From positions 270,001 through 302,000 of the forward strand of contig NZ_PQWO01000004.1 in assembly GCF_003231495.1 (NCBI RefSeq): a stretch of DNA of 32,000 nt, written 5' to 3'. The notes under the pieces were generated by a model. It did no database searches and was not told the origin of the DNA. It saw only the letters and a list, made by a program, of their open reading frames with translations. Shown piece after piece: positions 16,701-25,291 of the stretch. Within the stretch, counting starts at the first letter, position 1, and every line of letters starts with the position of its first letter. Position numbers and translations under genes: made by a program. This DNA is from Acaryochloris thomasi RCC1774 (GTDB taxonomy: Bacteria > Cyanobacteriota > Cyanobacteriia > Thermosynechococcales > Thermosynechococcaceae).

Positions 16701-17493
16701 CCTGCTCTAAGATACCGACCTGCTGGTTAATCCGAGGCTGGAATTTGACCCAAACATCGGTGAGGGCGGCCTGTGGCTGTGGTTCAGCTTCTGGCATCAC
16801 CTGTGGCTTGGCGGGTTCAGGAAGGGGCTTGAGGCGGTATCCAATCCCATAGACTGTTTCAATTAAGTCAGGGGGGGCACCCGCAGCCTTAAGCTTCTGC
16901 CGGAGCCCTTTAATGTGGGTGCGAACGGCTTCTTCTCCTGGCGTATCTTCGTAGGTCCACAGATGCTCTAAGACCATGCCACAGCTAAAGACGCGACGAT
17001 TATTGCGCATCAATAGCTCTAGGAGTGCATATTCTTTGGGGGTTAGCGATAGCAGAACATCAGCATAGGTGACTTCACAGGCTTTGGGATCGAGCCGAAT
17101 ATTTTCCCATTCAAGGATGGGGGCTTCAGTGCCTTGGCTCCGACGCAGTAGGGCTCGCACCCGCGCCGTTAACTCTTCTGGATCAAAGGGCTTAACAACA
17201 TAGTCGTCGGCTCCGGCATCTAGGCCCATGGCCTTGTCATGACCACTGTCTTTGCCTGTGAGCAATAAAATGGGAGTGGGGCAGCCTTGCGATCGCAACT
17301 GTCGACAGAGACTGACGCCATCTAGCCCTGGTAGCATCACGTCAGAAAGAATCAGATCGTACTCGAACGCCTCCACGAGATCTGCGACGGCTTGACCGTC
17401 TGCGACCTTCTCCACTGCATAATTCTGTTGGGTAAACAGGAGCTCAAGCGCTTTTGCATTCAGCTCATCATCTTCAACAATCAGAATCCTCAT
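13744..17493 (-). CDS. Soluble hybrid sensor kinase/response regulator: REC, OmpR-type winged helix, Hpt, REC, GAF, PAS, PAS, HisKA, HATPase_c
   Basis: 1249-aa ORF. REC1 (LILSDVMLPGLDG...VVKPF). wHTH (LTPKEYALLELLMRN...VYGIGYRLK). Hpt-like (EAHTLAGGLGTFGYAQGSQFARSIEHLL). REC2 (LLVLDVEMPKMNGIDL...FVSKPI). A GAF region, two PAS regions, H-box FISIVSHELRTPLTSI, and G-boxes (DRGRGI, GTGLGLSI). No hydrophobic TM segment seen. Confidence 0.9.
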   Translation of the reverse strand: MRILIVEDDELNAKALELLFTQQNYAVEKVADGQAVADLVEAFEYDLILSDVMLPGLDGVSLCRQLRSQGCPTPILLLTGKDSGHDKAMGLDAGADDYVVKPFDPEELTARVRALLRRSQGTEAPILEWENIRLDPKACEVTYADVLLSLTPKEYALLELLMRNNRRVFSCGMVLEHLWTYEDTPGEEAVRTHIKGLRQKLKAAGAPPDLIETVYGIGYRLKPLPEPAKPQVMPEAEPQPQAALTDVWVKFQPRINQQVGILEQAATALTQGSLATELHQQARQEAHTLAGGLGTFGYAQGSQFARSIEHLLQETILTEDQALALQQNVIALRSEISRADLPSLRSFPPQPPYPILEPSTAGPREGLTVPPSSLGSIEAQIMVVDDDPLVSETVTTLLQPWGFQVTTLTEPSQVWQRLAEHTPDLLVLDVEMPKMNGIDLCQKIRDDARWEQLPIIFLTAHTEAEIVNRVYSVGADDFVSKPIMGPELIVRILNRLERTRLQRQLSKIEPLAEVLKHDERTHLLERLLDNAEQQHNEAALQQQVAQEQLVGEIAAHIRQSLDLKDILSTAVTEVQRVLATDRVLIFKFNPDWSGKALVESLGATTWTSVLEMKIYDPCFAEAYIEPFRQGHVTAFEDVHCAGLTPCYIEFLEQFQVQASLIVPILQGDRLWGLLIAHHCSAPRQWQQSEINLLTRLATQLAIALQQSELYQKLQIELAEREQVEIVLQEARKNLESKVTERTAELISVNQQLNQELFERKATESALKVSQERFSGILEIANDAIISVNASEAITLFNQGAEQIFGYESSEVIGQSLDLLLPNQAEMIHRQRVASGGPSTRIAERQELFGRRKDGTEFPAEASISKLELETETLYTVILRDISQRKQAQETLERMSHQNELILNAIGEGLCGLNLQGQFTFVNAAAEQYLGYTADDLMNQTLEILFPSVLEPDHRELVPEALASIYASLQAGTPQPLSEAIFCRRDRFCFPVEYLSTPILEQGKIIGAVITFKDISDRKVMERMKDEFISIVSHELRTPLTSIHGSLRMLASGMLSTQADKNQRLLKIAADSTDRLVRLINDVLDVERIESGNVEMKLRPCWAEALMTQAANTMQGMAEQEGVTLIVQPISAQIRADPDRILQTFTNLLSNAIKFSTRGSTVWLSAETTQPQVLCFSVQDRGRGIAADKIDLIFERFQQADSSDTRNHEGTGLGLSICRSIVQQHGGQIWVDSQLGQGSTFYFTIPQPTT

Positions 17494-17790
17494 GCTCTCT
17501 CTCGTTAGGGTCTGGCGTGATGGGATCAGGTTCTAAACGACTCACGAAGTCATCTAGACATCTATTCATTCTTGCTAGGTCATTAAGACTTTTGTGAACA
17601 GTTCCGGCTCAAAAACAGACAGCAGAGACTCCATCATGCTGGCTCAAAGCTTTGGTAATCCTATGATAGCCTCAGGTCGCGATTCAGCTCTGATTAAGGC
17701 TTCCGGAATTGTGGATGCTTCACTGTCAAGCACTCGCAGTATTCCCCTGCTATGATCTGAAGTCATTTGTAATCACTCGACCAGGATGCA

Positions 17791-18315
17791 ATGGATAGTA
17801 GGGACCTAGCAGATGCCTCCATAAGCGTGAGGCCAAGCAAAAGACAGGATTACTCAGCCGTTGCGTCGATCTATAACCAGGCGATCGCAACCGGCGGTAT
17901 GACCTTCCATGAGCAGGAACTATCGGCAGGTTATATACAACGATGGGTGGAAGGATTTTGCGATCGCGAGTCTCTCTTAGTCCTTGTATACAACGATCAG
18001 ATTTTGGGCTGGGGTGTTGTCAAACGCTATAGCGATCGCACAGGCTATCGATTTTGCTGTGAAACCTCAATTTATCTCGATAGTGCAGAAACAGGGAAAG
18101 GCTACGGCAGTATTTTGCAAAAGGCTTTGCTGCAGAAGGCGGTAGAGCTGAATTATCACCACGTTGTTCTCAAAATTGTGGCCTCCAATCAAGGCAGCAT
18201 CCGCTTCCATGAACAATTTGGGTTTGAAACAGTTGGCATTCAAGAAGAGATCGGCTTCACACATGGTCGTTGGCATGACGTAGCAATCATGCAGCTCATT
18301 TTGCCTGCCCATTAG
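17791..18315 (+). CDS. GNAT N-acetyltransferase, phosphinothricin/MSO acetyltransferase (PAT/YncA)-like
   Basis: 174-aa ORF. ASIYNQAIATGGMTF..., acetyl-CoA motif ETGKGYGSILQKALLQKA, and the C-terminal FGFETVGIQEEIGFTHGRWHDVAIMQL typical of the PAT subgroup. Confidence 0.8.
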   Translation: MDSRDLADASISVRPSKRQDYSAVASIYNQAIATGGMTFHEQELSAGYIQRWVEGFCDRESLLVLVYNDQILGWGVVKRYSDRTGYRFCCETSIYLDSAETGKGYGSILQKALLQKAVELNYHHVVLKIVASNQGSIRFHEQFGFETVGIQEEIGFTHGRWHDVAIMQLILPAH

Positions 18316-18578
18316 CCGACTGTGCACACAGGTCTTAGAAAGTAACATCACTTACCTGCGAATAAATTTCAGGCTTATTTGCCCCACCAATTTCAATGGG
18401 TTAGGACGTGCTTTCATCATCCCAACGGAGGCTCTTTATTAGAATGAGCTGAGCGCGAGTTTTCCTACGGGCTTATCACGGTAGCATGTGAGGATATAGC
18501 CGTTAGCCTCTAAAAACGACACTATCTATAAAGAGGTGAGGGCTATCCCGAGAGACACTTGGTATCAGACTGCTTGGA

Positions 18579-19556
18579 TTATTGGGTTGCGTTGGCAAAG
18601 AACTTACCCTTTTTCATAAAGACAAAGCCAAATAAAGGCAAATCTCGAACAATTTGCCGCCAAACGAAGCGCTTTGGAGCAAAAGGAGAGTTCACAAAGA
18701 AAAGCGTTAACCAAAGACAATTACTCCAAAATGAGATTGACATCGTCAGTTGAGATGCAATATGAAAGCAGATCAACCCCAATCCCCACAATCGATGTAA
18801 CGATGGCCGAAAGGATGCCCAGAGAGAGAAAAATTGCAGATAAATTGTACCGATCATCAACGGCCAAGCAATAAAATAGTGCTCGATTAGCCAAGTACCG
18901 AGATAGCTAGTCGCATCAGTCTGCACCAAACGGTTGGCAATCTGAAGCGGAAGAGCCTCAGGCATTAAAGTATGCACTTGGTTCCGTATTGCCTGGATCG
19001 GTATCTGAATAATTTTAAAGAAGCCGGACATAGTATAAGTCAACATAATCATTGACTGACAACCTGAAAAGACGATCAAAGTGGCTGCTCGTATCGCCTT
19101 CTCTGGCTTTTCCAAAAACCAGCCAGGAGGAAGGAATATCAGGATAAAACTGAGTAGAAGCTGTAAATGGCCTCCGTGATTAATTTTCCCAAATGAATTA
19201 TCAAATGCCATGAACTCTAGCAATGCTAGAAAGATAAGAATCCGAGCCGTTCGCCAACGAGTAGCGGTCAATGCCAAAAAGCCACCTATGATGTAAAACC
19301 AAAAGATAAGTGTGATTCCAGAAGAAATATCAACGTAGTTCAGCCAGTAAACAGGCCAGAGAGGAACCAGATCTATTTTGTTTAAGTAGTCTGGCCAAAA
19401 ACTAAGAGACTGAAGAGAGTAAAAAGCAACTAATGCATAAAAACAGCGAACAATGAATTGAACTGACAAAAACTTATGAGTCAAAGTAAAAGAAAGACTT
19501 TGATTTGAACGTCCCCCACTGAAGAACTTCACCAAGAGCTTTGCAGAACAATTCAT
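18579..19556 (-). CDS. Polytopic membrane protein, possibly HTTM/SdpB-like
   Basis: 325-aa ORF with at least 7 hydrophobic segments. NHGGHLQLLLSFILIFLPPGW resembles the (D/N)GG(D/E)Q...LLLLP segment I recall for HTTM/SdpB proteins. Low-GC codon usage. The start lies 2 nt after the stop of the upstream gene. Confidence 0.55.
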   Translation of the reverse strand: MNCSAKLLVKFFSGGRSNQSLSFTLTHKFLSVQFIVRCFYALVAFYSLQSLSFWPDYLNKIDLVPLWPVYWLNYVDISSGITLIFWFYIIGGFLALTATRWRTARILIFLALLEFMAFDNSFGKINHGGHLQLLLSFILIFLPPGWFLEKPEKAIRAATLIVFSGCQSMIMLTYTMSGFFKIIQIPIQAIRNQVHTLMPEALPLQIANRLVQTDATSYLGTWLIEHYFIAWPLMIGTIYLQFFSLWASFRPSLHRLWGLGLICFHIASQLTMSISFWSNCLWLTLFFVNSPFAPKRFVWRQIVRDLPLFGFVFMKKGKFFANATQ

Positions 19557-19558
19557 TT

Positions 19559-20038
19559 CTATAAGCCACTCACAAAATAATCTAGATGCCTAACTTTTGA
19601 TTCGCCAGACTTATATTTATCTACTGGGTTATAGGTTTCAGATATAAGCTCGTACTTAACTTCACCCTTCAAGTAATTCTTCTCAAAGAGATTTTGAAAT
19701 CGTTCAAAGCCAGCACTGTCGTCTTTTAGATAAGATTTCCCCATTTTCTGAATTACGACTACTGCATTGATATCTCTGCTGGGGGCAATAGAGTCGGGAG
19801 CTTTGTTGAAAGTAACAGGAGGATGAATTCCTTTGCCATTATGTTCATAGACAATCACATCAAACTTCCTTTGGCTAGGCTGAGGAATTGTTGAAAAAAG
19901 AGACCAGCTAAAAATCGGGAATATCTCAGTAGCCCCTCTTTCCCGACCTGACTTCCAGGCGACTAAGCCCACCAAAAAATAAAAAGCAATACAAAAAGTT
20001 ATTCCGGTTTGCAAATGTCTTATGTGATTTTTCGCCAT
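19559..20038 (-). CDS. Membrane-anchored protein (one N-terminal TM segment plus a soluble domain), possibly SdpA-like partner
   Basis: 159-aa ORF. TM segment ITFCIAFYFLVGLVAWK followed by a roughly 120-aa hydrophilic domain. It is tightly coupled to the 325-aa gene. The functional call rests on size, topology and gene order only. Confidence 0.5.
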   Translation of the reverse strand: MAKNHIRHLQTGITFCIAFYFLVGLVAWKSGRERGATEIFPIFSWSLFSTIPQPSQRKFDVIVYEHNGKGIHPPVTFNKAPDSIAPSRDINAVVVIQKMGKSYLKDDSAGFERFQNLFEKNYLKGEVKYELISETYNPVDKYKSGESKVRHLDYFVSGL

Positions 20039-20762
20039 TTTTTATGCATTTTACATTTATTTTTACAGATGCATTGGACCTCTCGTGAGTATCTCCTAAT
20101 TTTGCAGCATGAATTCAAGCTCATACAGATAGTTGTCAGAACTATCTTGAATTTATAGTGGATGATTTGTCTTTTTCGTTGCCTCCACAATGGCTATTGA
20201 GATACGGATTGTTTTAGTGCAAACTCCCTATGATTTTAAAGCTCTCTCAAAGAAAATCTACAAAGAGGTTGGAAATTAAAAAATAAATAATCAAGCCTTT
20301 CCTTCCCCTCTTCAGAAAGAGGAAATCTATTGTGGATTATTTGAGAAGCTGAGTTGAGTTCTGTCGGATAGGCAACTGATAGCACCTATAAATCTCCTCT
20401 GACACCTGTGCCTTACTCATAAAACCGTAAATCAATTTCCAGCCTATATTTTCAATGCATGGGATTAAAAAAATACCCTACATATCTCACTAATAATAGC
20501 TTCTGGGAGTAGGTTCCTCTTTTCCATAAACCATAGACCGTTGTGAGTGTTACATCATTTAGAACATGTTTGGGAAATAGATGATGTGCGCTAACCCTCT
20601 TTTTCGGTTGCACCAGCTCTCAACGAAGAACTATCTTTTAAGAGACAAAAATCCTTAAAGCCTTTTGTACAGAGAGTTTTAAAAGCTTGTGCATAATGTA
20701 TCGCCCAGTGTGGAGCTAGGGGATGAAAGGTGAGTCTGTAATATTGGGATTGAGGCTCTAAA

Positions 20763-21671
20763 GTGAACTTGGCATACCTACTTACTACCAACCTTTTAAT
20801 CAGGACAGTATTCGATTTGAATATAGCCCTATTACAACAGCACCTCTCCCAGCACCTCCAGCAACTTGTGCGGGAGCGAGACCCGTTCTTAGGGCAGGCA
20901 GGTCACTATTTTGTGCGAGAGTACATCCGTCAAGAGCTCGCAAACTTTGGCGAGGTAGAGACACATTCATCTAAATGGCAAGGCAAAACTTATGAAAATC
21001 TGATTCTGAATATAGGGCGACGCGCAGGAGGCAAGAAAGCAGCACCGATTTTGATCGGCGCCCATTACGATACCGTTCCCGGATCTCCAGGGGCTGACGA
21101 TAACGCTACAGGAATCGCCGTATTGCTGGAGCTAGCCCGCTACTTTAGTCAGACAGCAGCAAAGTATCCAATTCGTCTAGTTGCATTTGATCTCGAAGAG
21201 TATGGCTGGGGCGGCAGCCTACCCTATGCAACATTGCTTCGAGAGAGAGGCGAAAAGCTGCGGCTAATGCTGTCACTAGAGTCGCTGGGATACTGCAGCG
21301 ACACCCCTGGGTCACAAACTTACCCCGCAAAATTTCTAGAGTTTATCTATCCTTCTCAGGGCAACTTTATTGCTTTAATCGGCAATCTAGAGGCAGCCGG
21401 CGACATGCTGAGTATCAGCCGCAAGATGAAAGAGAAAGTTCCTTGCCAATGGCTACCAGTCCCTCTAAAAGGGAAAATTCTGCCGGACATGCGACGCAGC
21501 GATCACGCACCGTTTTGGGATCTGGGCTATCGCGCGATGATGGTCACCGACACCGCAGATGCAAGGAACCCAAATTATCACACCGCGAAGGATACTATTA
21601 AGACCCTCGACCTAGATTTTCTCGCGAATGTCTATCAAGGCTTGGTGCGGGTAATTGAAACGCTGTCATAA
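20763..21671 (+). CDS. M28-family zinc metallopeptidase (aminopeptidase-like)
   Basis: 302-aa ORF. Metal ligand motifs IGAHYDTV, DDNATGIAVLLELAR, AFDLEEYG, SDHAPFW. The start is uncertain: GTG 20763 per the track, with an alternative TTG at 20817. Confidence 0.8.
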   Translation: MNLAYLLTTNLLIRTVFDLNIALLQQHLSQHLQQLVRERDPFLGQAGHYFVREYIRQELANFGEVETHSSKWQGKTYENLILNIGRRAGGKKAAPILIGAHYDTVPGSPGADDNATGIAVLLELARYFSQTAAKYPIRLVAFDLEEYGWGGSLPYATLLRERGEKLRLMLSLESLGYCSDTPGSQTYPAKFLEFIYPSQGNFIALIGNLEAAGDMLSISRKMKEKVPCQWLPVPLKGKILPDMRRSDHAPFWDLGYRAMMVTDTADARNPNYHTAKDTIKTLDLDFLANVYQGLVRVIETLS

Positions 21672-21747
21672 ACCGTGCCGAAGCATTCATCACAGGGAAA
21701 TTCTTCTGACGATAAATGGACTGATCCGCAACCTTCACTCGTGAAAT

Positions 21748-22848
21748 CTACTCAGATCTCGGCAGCGTTCGGCACTGAGCTTCATTGCGCAGGAGATGAT
21801 CGCAGAGCACTAACGCCACCATTGCCTCCACCATCGGCACTGCTCTGGGCAAGACACAGGGATCATGGCGTCCCTTTGCGGCCAGCGTTGTCTCTTCACC
21901 TGCCTGATTAACCGTTTTCTGGGATTTGCCAATGGTTGCCGTGGGCTTAAACGCAGCCCGCAGCACGATATTCTCTCCGTTGGAGATTCCGCCTTGAATG
22001 CCGCCAGAGCGATTAGTCACCGTCCGGATGCGGCCTGTCTCGTCGGTGTAGAACTCATCATTATGCTCAATTCCCGTTAGCCGTGTTCCCGCAAATCCTG
22101 ACCCAATCTCGAACCCTTTACTAGCCGGTAGCGACATAACACCTTTGGCAAGATCGGCTTCTAGCTTATCGAACACCGGGCTTCCCAGACCGATGGGAAC
22201 CTGACGAGCTACGCATTCAACAACGCCCCCCAAAGAGTTTGCATCTTTGCGAGCCTGATCGATAATTTCGATCATTTGCTCAGCGGCCTCTGCGTTAGGA
22301 CAGCGAAGGATATTGCTTTCTACAGCTTCGAGGGTGACCTGCTCGGGATCAATCTCAGCTTCAAGGTCTTTGATGCGTTTGACGTAGCCGATGATTTCGA
22401 CGCCTGCAATTTGGGCAAGAATTTTTTTCGCGATCGCACCTGCTGCCACCCGACCAATGGTCTCCCGAGCCGAGGAGCGCCCACCGCCTTGCCAGTTGCG
22501 CACCCCATATTTCGCGTCATAGGTGGCATCTGCATGAGATGGGCGATAAACCTGGGCCATCTCACTGTAGTCTTGGGGGCGCGTATTCTTGTTGCGGACC
22601 AAAATTGTGATCGGCGTACCGAGCGTCTGCCCCTGAAATACACCCGAGACAATCTCGCAGGTGTCGGCCTCTTTGCGAGGCGTGGTGATTCGGCTCTGCC
22701 CCGGACGTCGCCGGTCGAGTTCAACTTGAATTTCGGCTTCAGAAATCGCGAGCATGGGCGGACATCCGTCAATCACCACACCGACGCCGCCGCCGTGGGA
22801 TTCACCAAACGTCGTAATCCGAAACAGATGTCCAAATGTATTGCCCAT
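21748..22848 (-). CDS. aroC: Chorismate synthase
   Basis: 366-aa [44 protein letters not shown] and GRHDPCV are canonical AroC signatures. Confidence 0.95.
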   Translation of the reverse strand: MGNTFGHLFRITTFGESHGGGVGVVIDGCPPMLAISEAEIQVELDRRRPGQSRITTPRKEADTCEIVSGVFQGQTLGTPITILVRNKNTRPQDYSEMAQVYRPSHADATYDAKYGVRNWQGGGRSSARETIGRVAAGAIAKKILAQIAGVEIIGYVKRIKDLEAEIDPEQVTLEAVESNILRCPNAEAAEQMIEIIDQARKDANSLGGVVECVARQVPIGLGSPVFDKLEADLAKGVMSLPASKGFEIGSGFAGTRLTGIEHNDEFYTDETGRIRTVTNRSGGIQGGISNGENIVLRAAFKPTATIGKSQKTVNQAGEETTLAAKGRHDPCVLPRAVPMVEAMVALVLCDHLLRNEAQCRTLPRSE

Positions 22849-22929
22849 AGTCTTCGGCTAATCTTTCAAAAATGAGGGGTGATCTAGTTGCGTCACGATT
22901 GTCCCACATCTTCTTCGATAGCTTGTGGT

Positions 22930-23085
22930 CTAGGACCGAGTATCTTGGTAGCGCTCAGCAACAACCCTGTCTATCTGCTGCGGCGTAAAGTCTGTCAGCT
23001 CTGATATCCAATGCTTAACAGCCTCTTTTGATAAATGGGTTTCTGCAAGATTAGTCGTGTCTAAAGTAGGTGTATAAGGTGGCAT
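22930..23085 (-). CDS. Possible small ORF (51 aa) upstream of aroC
   Basis: My translation: MPPYTPTLDTTNLAETHLSKEAVKHWISELTDFTPQQIDRVVAERYQDTRS*. It is below the 60-aa track cutoff and on the same strand as aroC, 81 nt upstream. No obvious RBS and no family recognised. Confidence 0.25.
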   Translation of the reverse strand: MPPYTPTLDTTNLAETHLSKEAVKHWISELTDFTPQQIDRVVAERYQDTRS

Positions 23086-23679
23086 GATTAATATCAATCC
23101 AAATCACATCAAACGACGGCATAAATTAGAAATTTGTATAGCGACCTAATATCAGGTGCCTCAGGCTGTACCTGAGTATCTGAGCAGCTACTATGCAAAG
23201 CTAGCGGCCAAACAAAATGTACAAGACGGAGCTGACAACCTGGTGTTCCCGTACCCCCCCGGAACAGAACAAGTTAGTAAAGCTGATGTCTGATTCCTGC
23301 AAGCCAGGAATCTAAAGGACCTATGCAAGGATCCCTTATCGGTTATCTTTCGAGAAATTTTAACTTCTCTTATGAAGCAGAAAGTTCTCTACCCCTAACG
23401 AAGTCGAAGTTCTTTAGAAGCTTCAATGCTTATCCCCCACGACAAACAGATGATCGCTTCAATCAACCTCTTAGGCATTCATCTTACTCGAGATATTGGT
23501 GAGTGGCTAGGGCCAATAACTAAACATCATATGAATTTGAACATTCCATTAGGATGTCCCATTCATTCCCACCCTCCATAGATAGTGCTTATTGATCTGA
23601 TTAATGAACTTATCAGTCTCTGCACGGCAATTTATGCAACGTGGCCTCCTGCGCTATTGATTAGTCCCTTAGCTTCAGA

Positions 23680-24783
23680 TTAGGCTGGCTGACTCAGACA
23701 GTGAGAGAGATAGTTGGCAGTTGCCTCCACCAGTGTCATGACTTTGTCATAGGCCATGCGTGTCGGCCCTAAAATGCCCACGCTCCCGACGGGCGTCTTG
23801 CCTTTTTGGTAGGTTTTTGAAACCAGCGTGCAGCTTTGGATGGAGGTCAAGGGATTTTCTGAGCCAATCCGAACGCTAATTTTGTCATGGGCAAAGTCTG
23901 CGTGAGCGGCATCTGCAGCACCAGAGCGGTGTTGAGACCATTCACAGATCAGGGGCCATAGCTGATCCTGCTTTTCTTCAAGTAGATGAATCAAAGGATG
24001 GGCCTGCTGCAGCTCTGAAAATTCGGGCTGGCGCAAGACTTCAGCAAACCCACCCACCAGAATGGGATTAGGAGAGGCAGCATGGGCGCGCTGAATTAAG
24101 TCAGAGAGCAGTGTCTGCAGGACGTGGGTATAGCTTTGAAACTCACGACCCAGTTCTTGCCAATCCAAAGCCGCCAGCTCATGAAGCGATCGCCCTGGCA
24201 GTTGGTGGTTGAGAAAGTTAGCCAGAAGCTGCAAATCTTGGCTGACCAGGTCTGGATCGCTGTTGTCTTCTGGGGCCTGAGGCAACTCCATCAGAACAGA
24301 TTCTGTTTCGTAGGTATCCATCACCATGATCAGCATGACGCGCTGGTTTTCAACGGGCACTAGCTGCAGATGACGAACGGTGGTTGTTTGGGTCTGAGGT
24401 CGGGTAATGAGGGCCACACAGCCGCTTAGGTGCGATAGAACTTGAGCGGCGTGGCGAAGAATCGTTTCAAAGTTGCGTCGAGCGGGCTGCAGCCGATCTT
24501 CTAAGAGCTGCTCGACTTCCTGCCGCAGGGTCTCGGATGGGGTAATGAGCTTATCGACGTAGATTCGGTAGCCTGAATCTGAGGGGACGCGCCCTGCTGA
24601 GATATGAGGTTGATAGAGCAGCCCCACTTTTTCTAACATGCCCATGACGTTGCGAATGGTGGCGGGGCTGAGTGAGTGCCGCTGGGCCAATGCTTTGGAT
24701 CCGACGGGTTCAGCTGTCACAATGTAGTGATTGACGGTGGCTCGCAAAATTTGCTGCTGTCGTTTAGTGAGCTGAACAGTCAT
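23680..24783 (-). CDS. hrcA: Heat-inducible transcription repressor HrcA
   Basis: MTVQLTKRQQQILRATVNHYIVTAEPVGSKALAQRH...LSPATIRNVMGMLEKVGLLYQPHISAGRVPSDSGYRIYVD is the canonical HrcA N-terminus. The track ORF extends to 25023, but that extension overlaps the rhodanese gene. ATG 24783 gives 367 aa. Confidence 0.9.
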   Translation of the reverse strand: MTVQLTKRQQQILRATVNHYIVTAEPVGSKALAQRHSLSPATIRNVMGMLEKVGLLYQPHISAGRVPSDSGYRIYVDKLITPSETLRQEVEQLLEDRLQPARRNFETILRHAAQVLSHLSGCVALITRPQTQTTTVRHLQLVPVENQRVMLIMVMDTYETESVLMELPQAPEDNSDPDLVSQDLQLLANFLNHQLPGRSLHELAALDWQELGREFQSYTHVLQTLLSDLIQRAHAASPNPILVGGFAEVLRQPEFSELQQAHPLIHLLEEKQDQLWPLICEWSQHRSGAADAAHADFAHDKISVRIGSENPLTSIQSCTLVSKTYQKGKTPVGSVGILGPTRMAYDKVMTLVEATANYLSHCLSQPA

Positions 24784-24829
24784 GTAAACCGGTCCTAATC
24801 GCGAAATTAAAAAGTTGAATCGGCAAAAT

Positions 24830-25186
24830 TTAATACCGGGGCAGGGTGGGGTCCACTTTACGGGTATAGGCATCAATCCCGCCCGCCACGTTTTTGACGT
24901 CGGTGAACCCTTGGCGCATAAGCCACTGACACATTTGGGCTGAACGCAGACCATGATGGCAGAGCACCATTGTTTCTTGGTGCGGATCAAATCGGAGAGG
25001 AATCTGATCGGACCACTCAGCAAACTCGCTCAGCGGTAGGTTCTCAAAGCCAGGAAGAGATGCGATCGCAACCTCCTGCGCCTCACGAACATCAATGAAC
25101 TGTAGCCCCTGAAGTCCTGACTTCAGTTGAGCCTCTAGAGTTTCAACGGCAATTTCAGGAACCTCAGAAAAGTATGAATGAGACAT
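24830..25186 (-). CDS. Single-domain rhodanese (sulfurtransferase)
   Basis: 118-aa ORF. Active-site loop VLCHHGLRS (CxxGxR[ST]) and the C-terminal NVAGGIDAY are typical of rhodanese domains. Confidence 0.85.
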   Translation of the reverse strand: MSHSYFSEVPEIAVETLEAQLKSGLQGLQFIDVREAQEVAIASLPGFENLPLSEFAEWSDQIPLRFDPHQETMVLCHHGLRSAQMCQWLMRQGFTDVKNVAGGIDAYTRKVDPTLPRY

Positions 25187-25291
25187 TTTTCACAGGGATG
25201 ATTAAAATAGCGCGAAAATGATATTAATCTTAAGATCTCAGGAAGTTATGACTTATTCTGTCATAGGTGCTGCGGAACGTCAGGCTAATTC

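Noticed and set aside
20591-20791. Minus-strand 66-aa ORF at the edge of the AT-rich tract
   Set aside because: It overlaps the predicted M28 peptidase start and has no signal peptide, TM segment or family resemblance. I considered it as possible SdpC-like cargo but found nothing to support that. It remains unverified rather than excluded.
24784-24829. CIRCE operator (TTAGCACTC-N9-GAGTGCTAA) near hrcA
   Set aside because: No match to the CIRCE inverted repeat was seen upstream of hrcA or elsewhere in the window.
24784-25023. Upstream extension of the hrcA ORF (track start 25023, 447 aa)
   Set aside because: The extension overlaps the rhodanese gene (24830-25186) in another frame and has no HrcA similarity. 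Canonical HrcA begins at MTVQLTKRQQ (ATG 24783).
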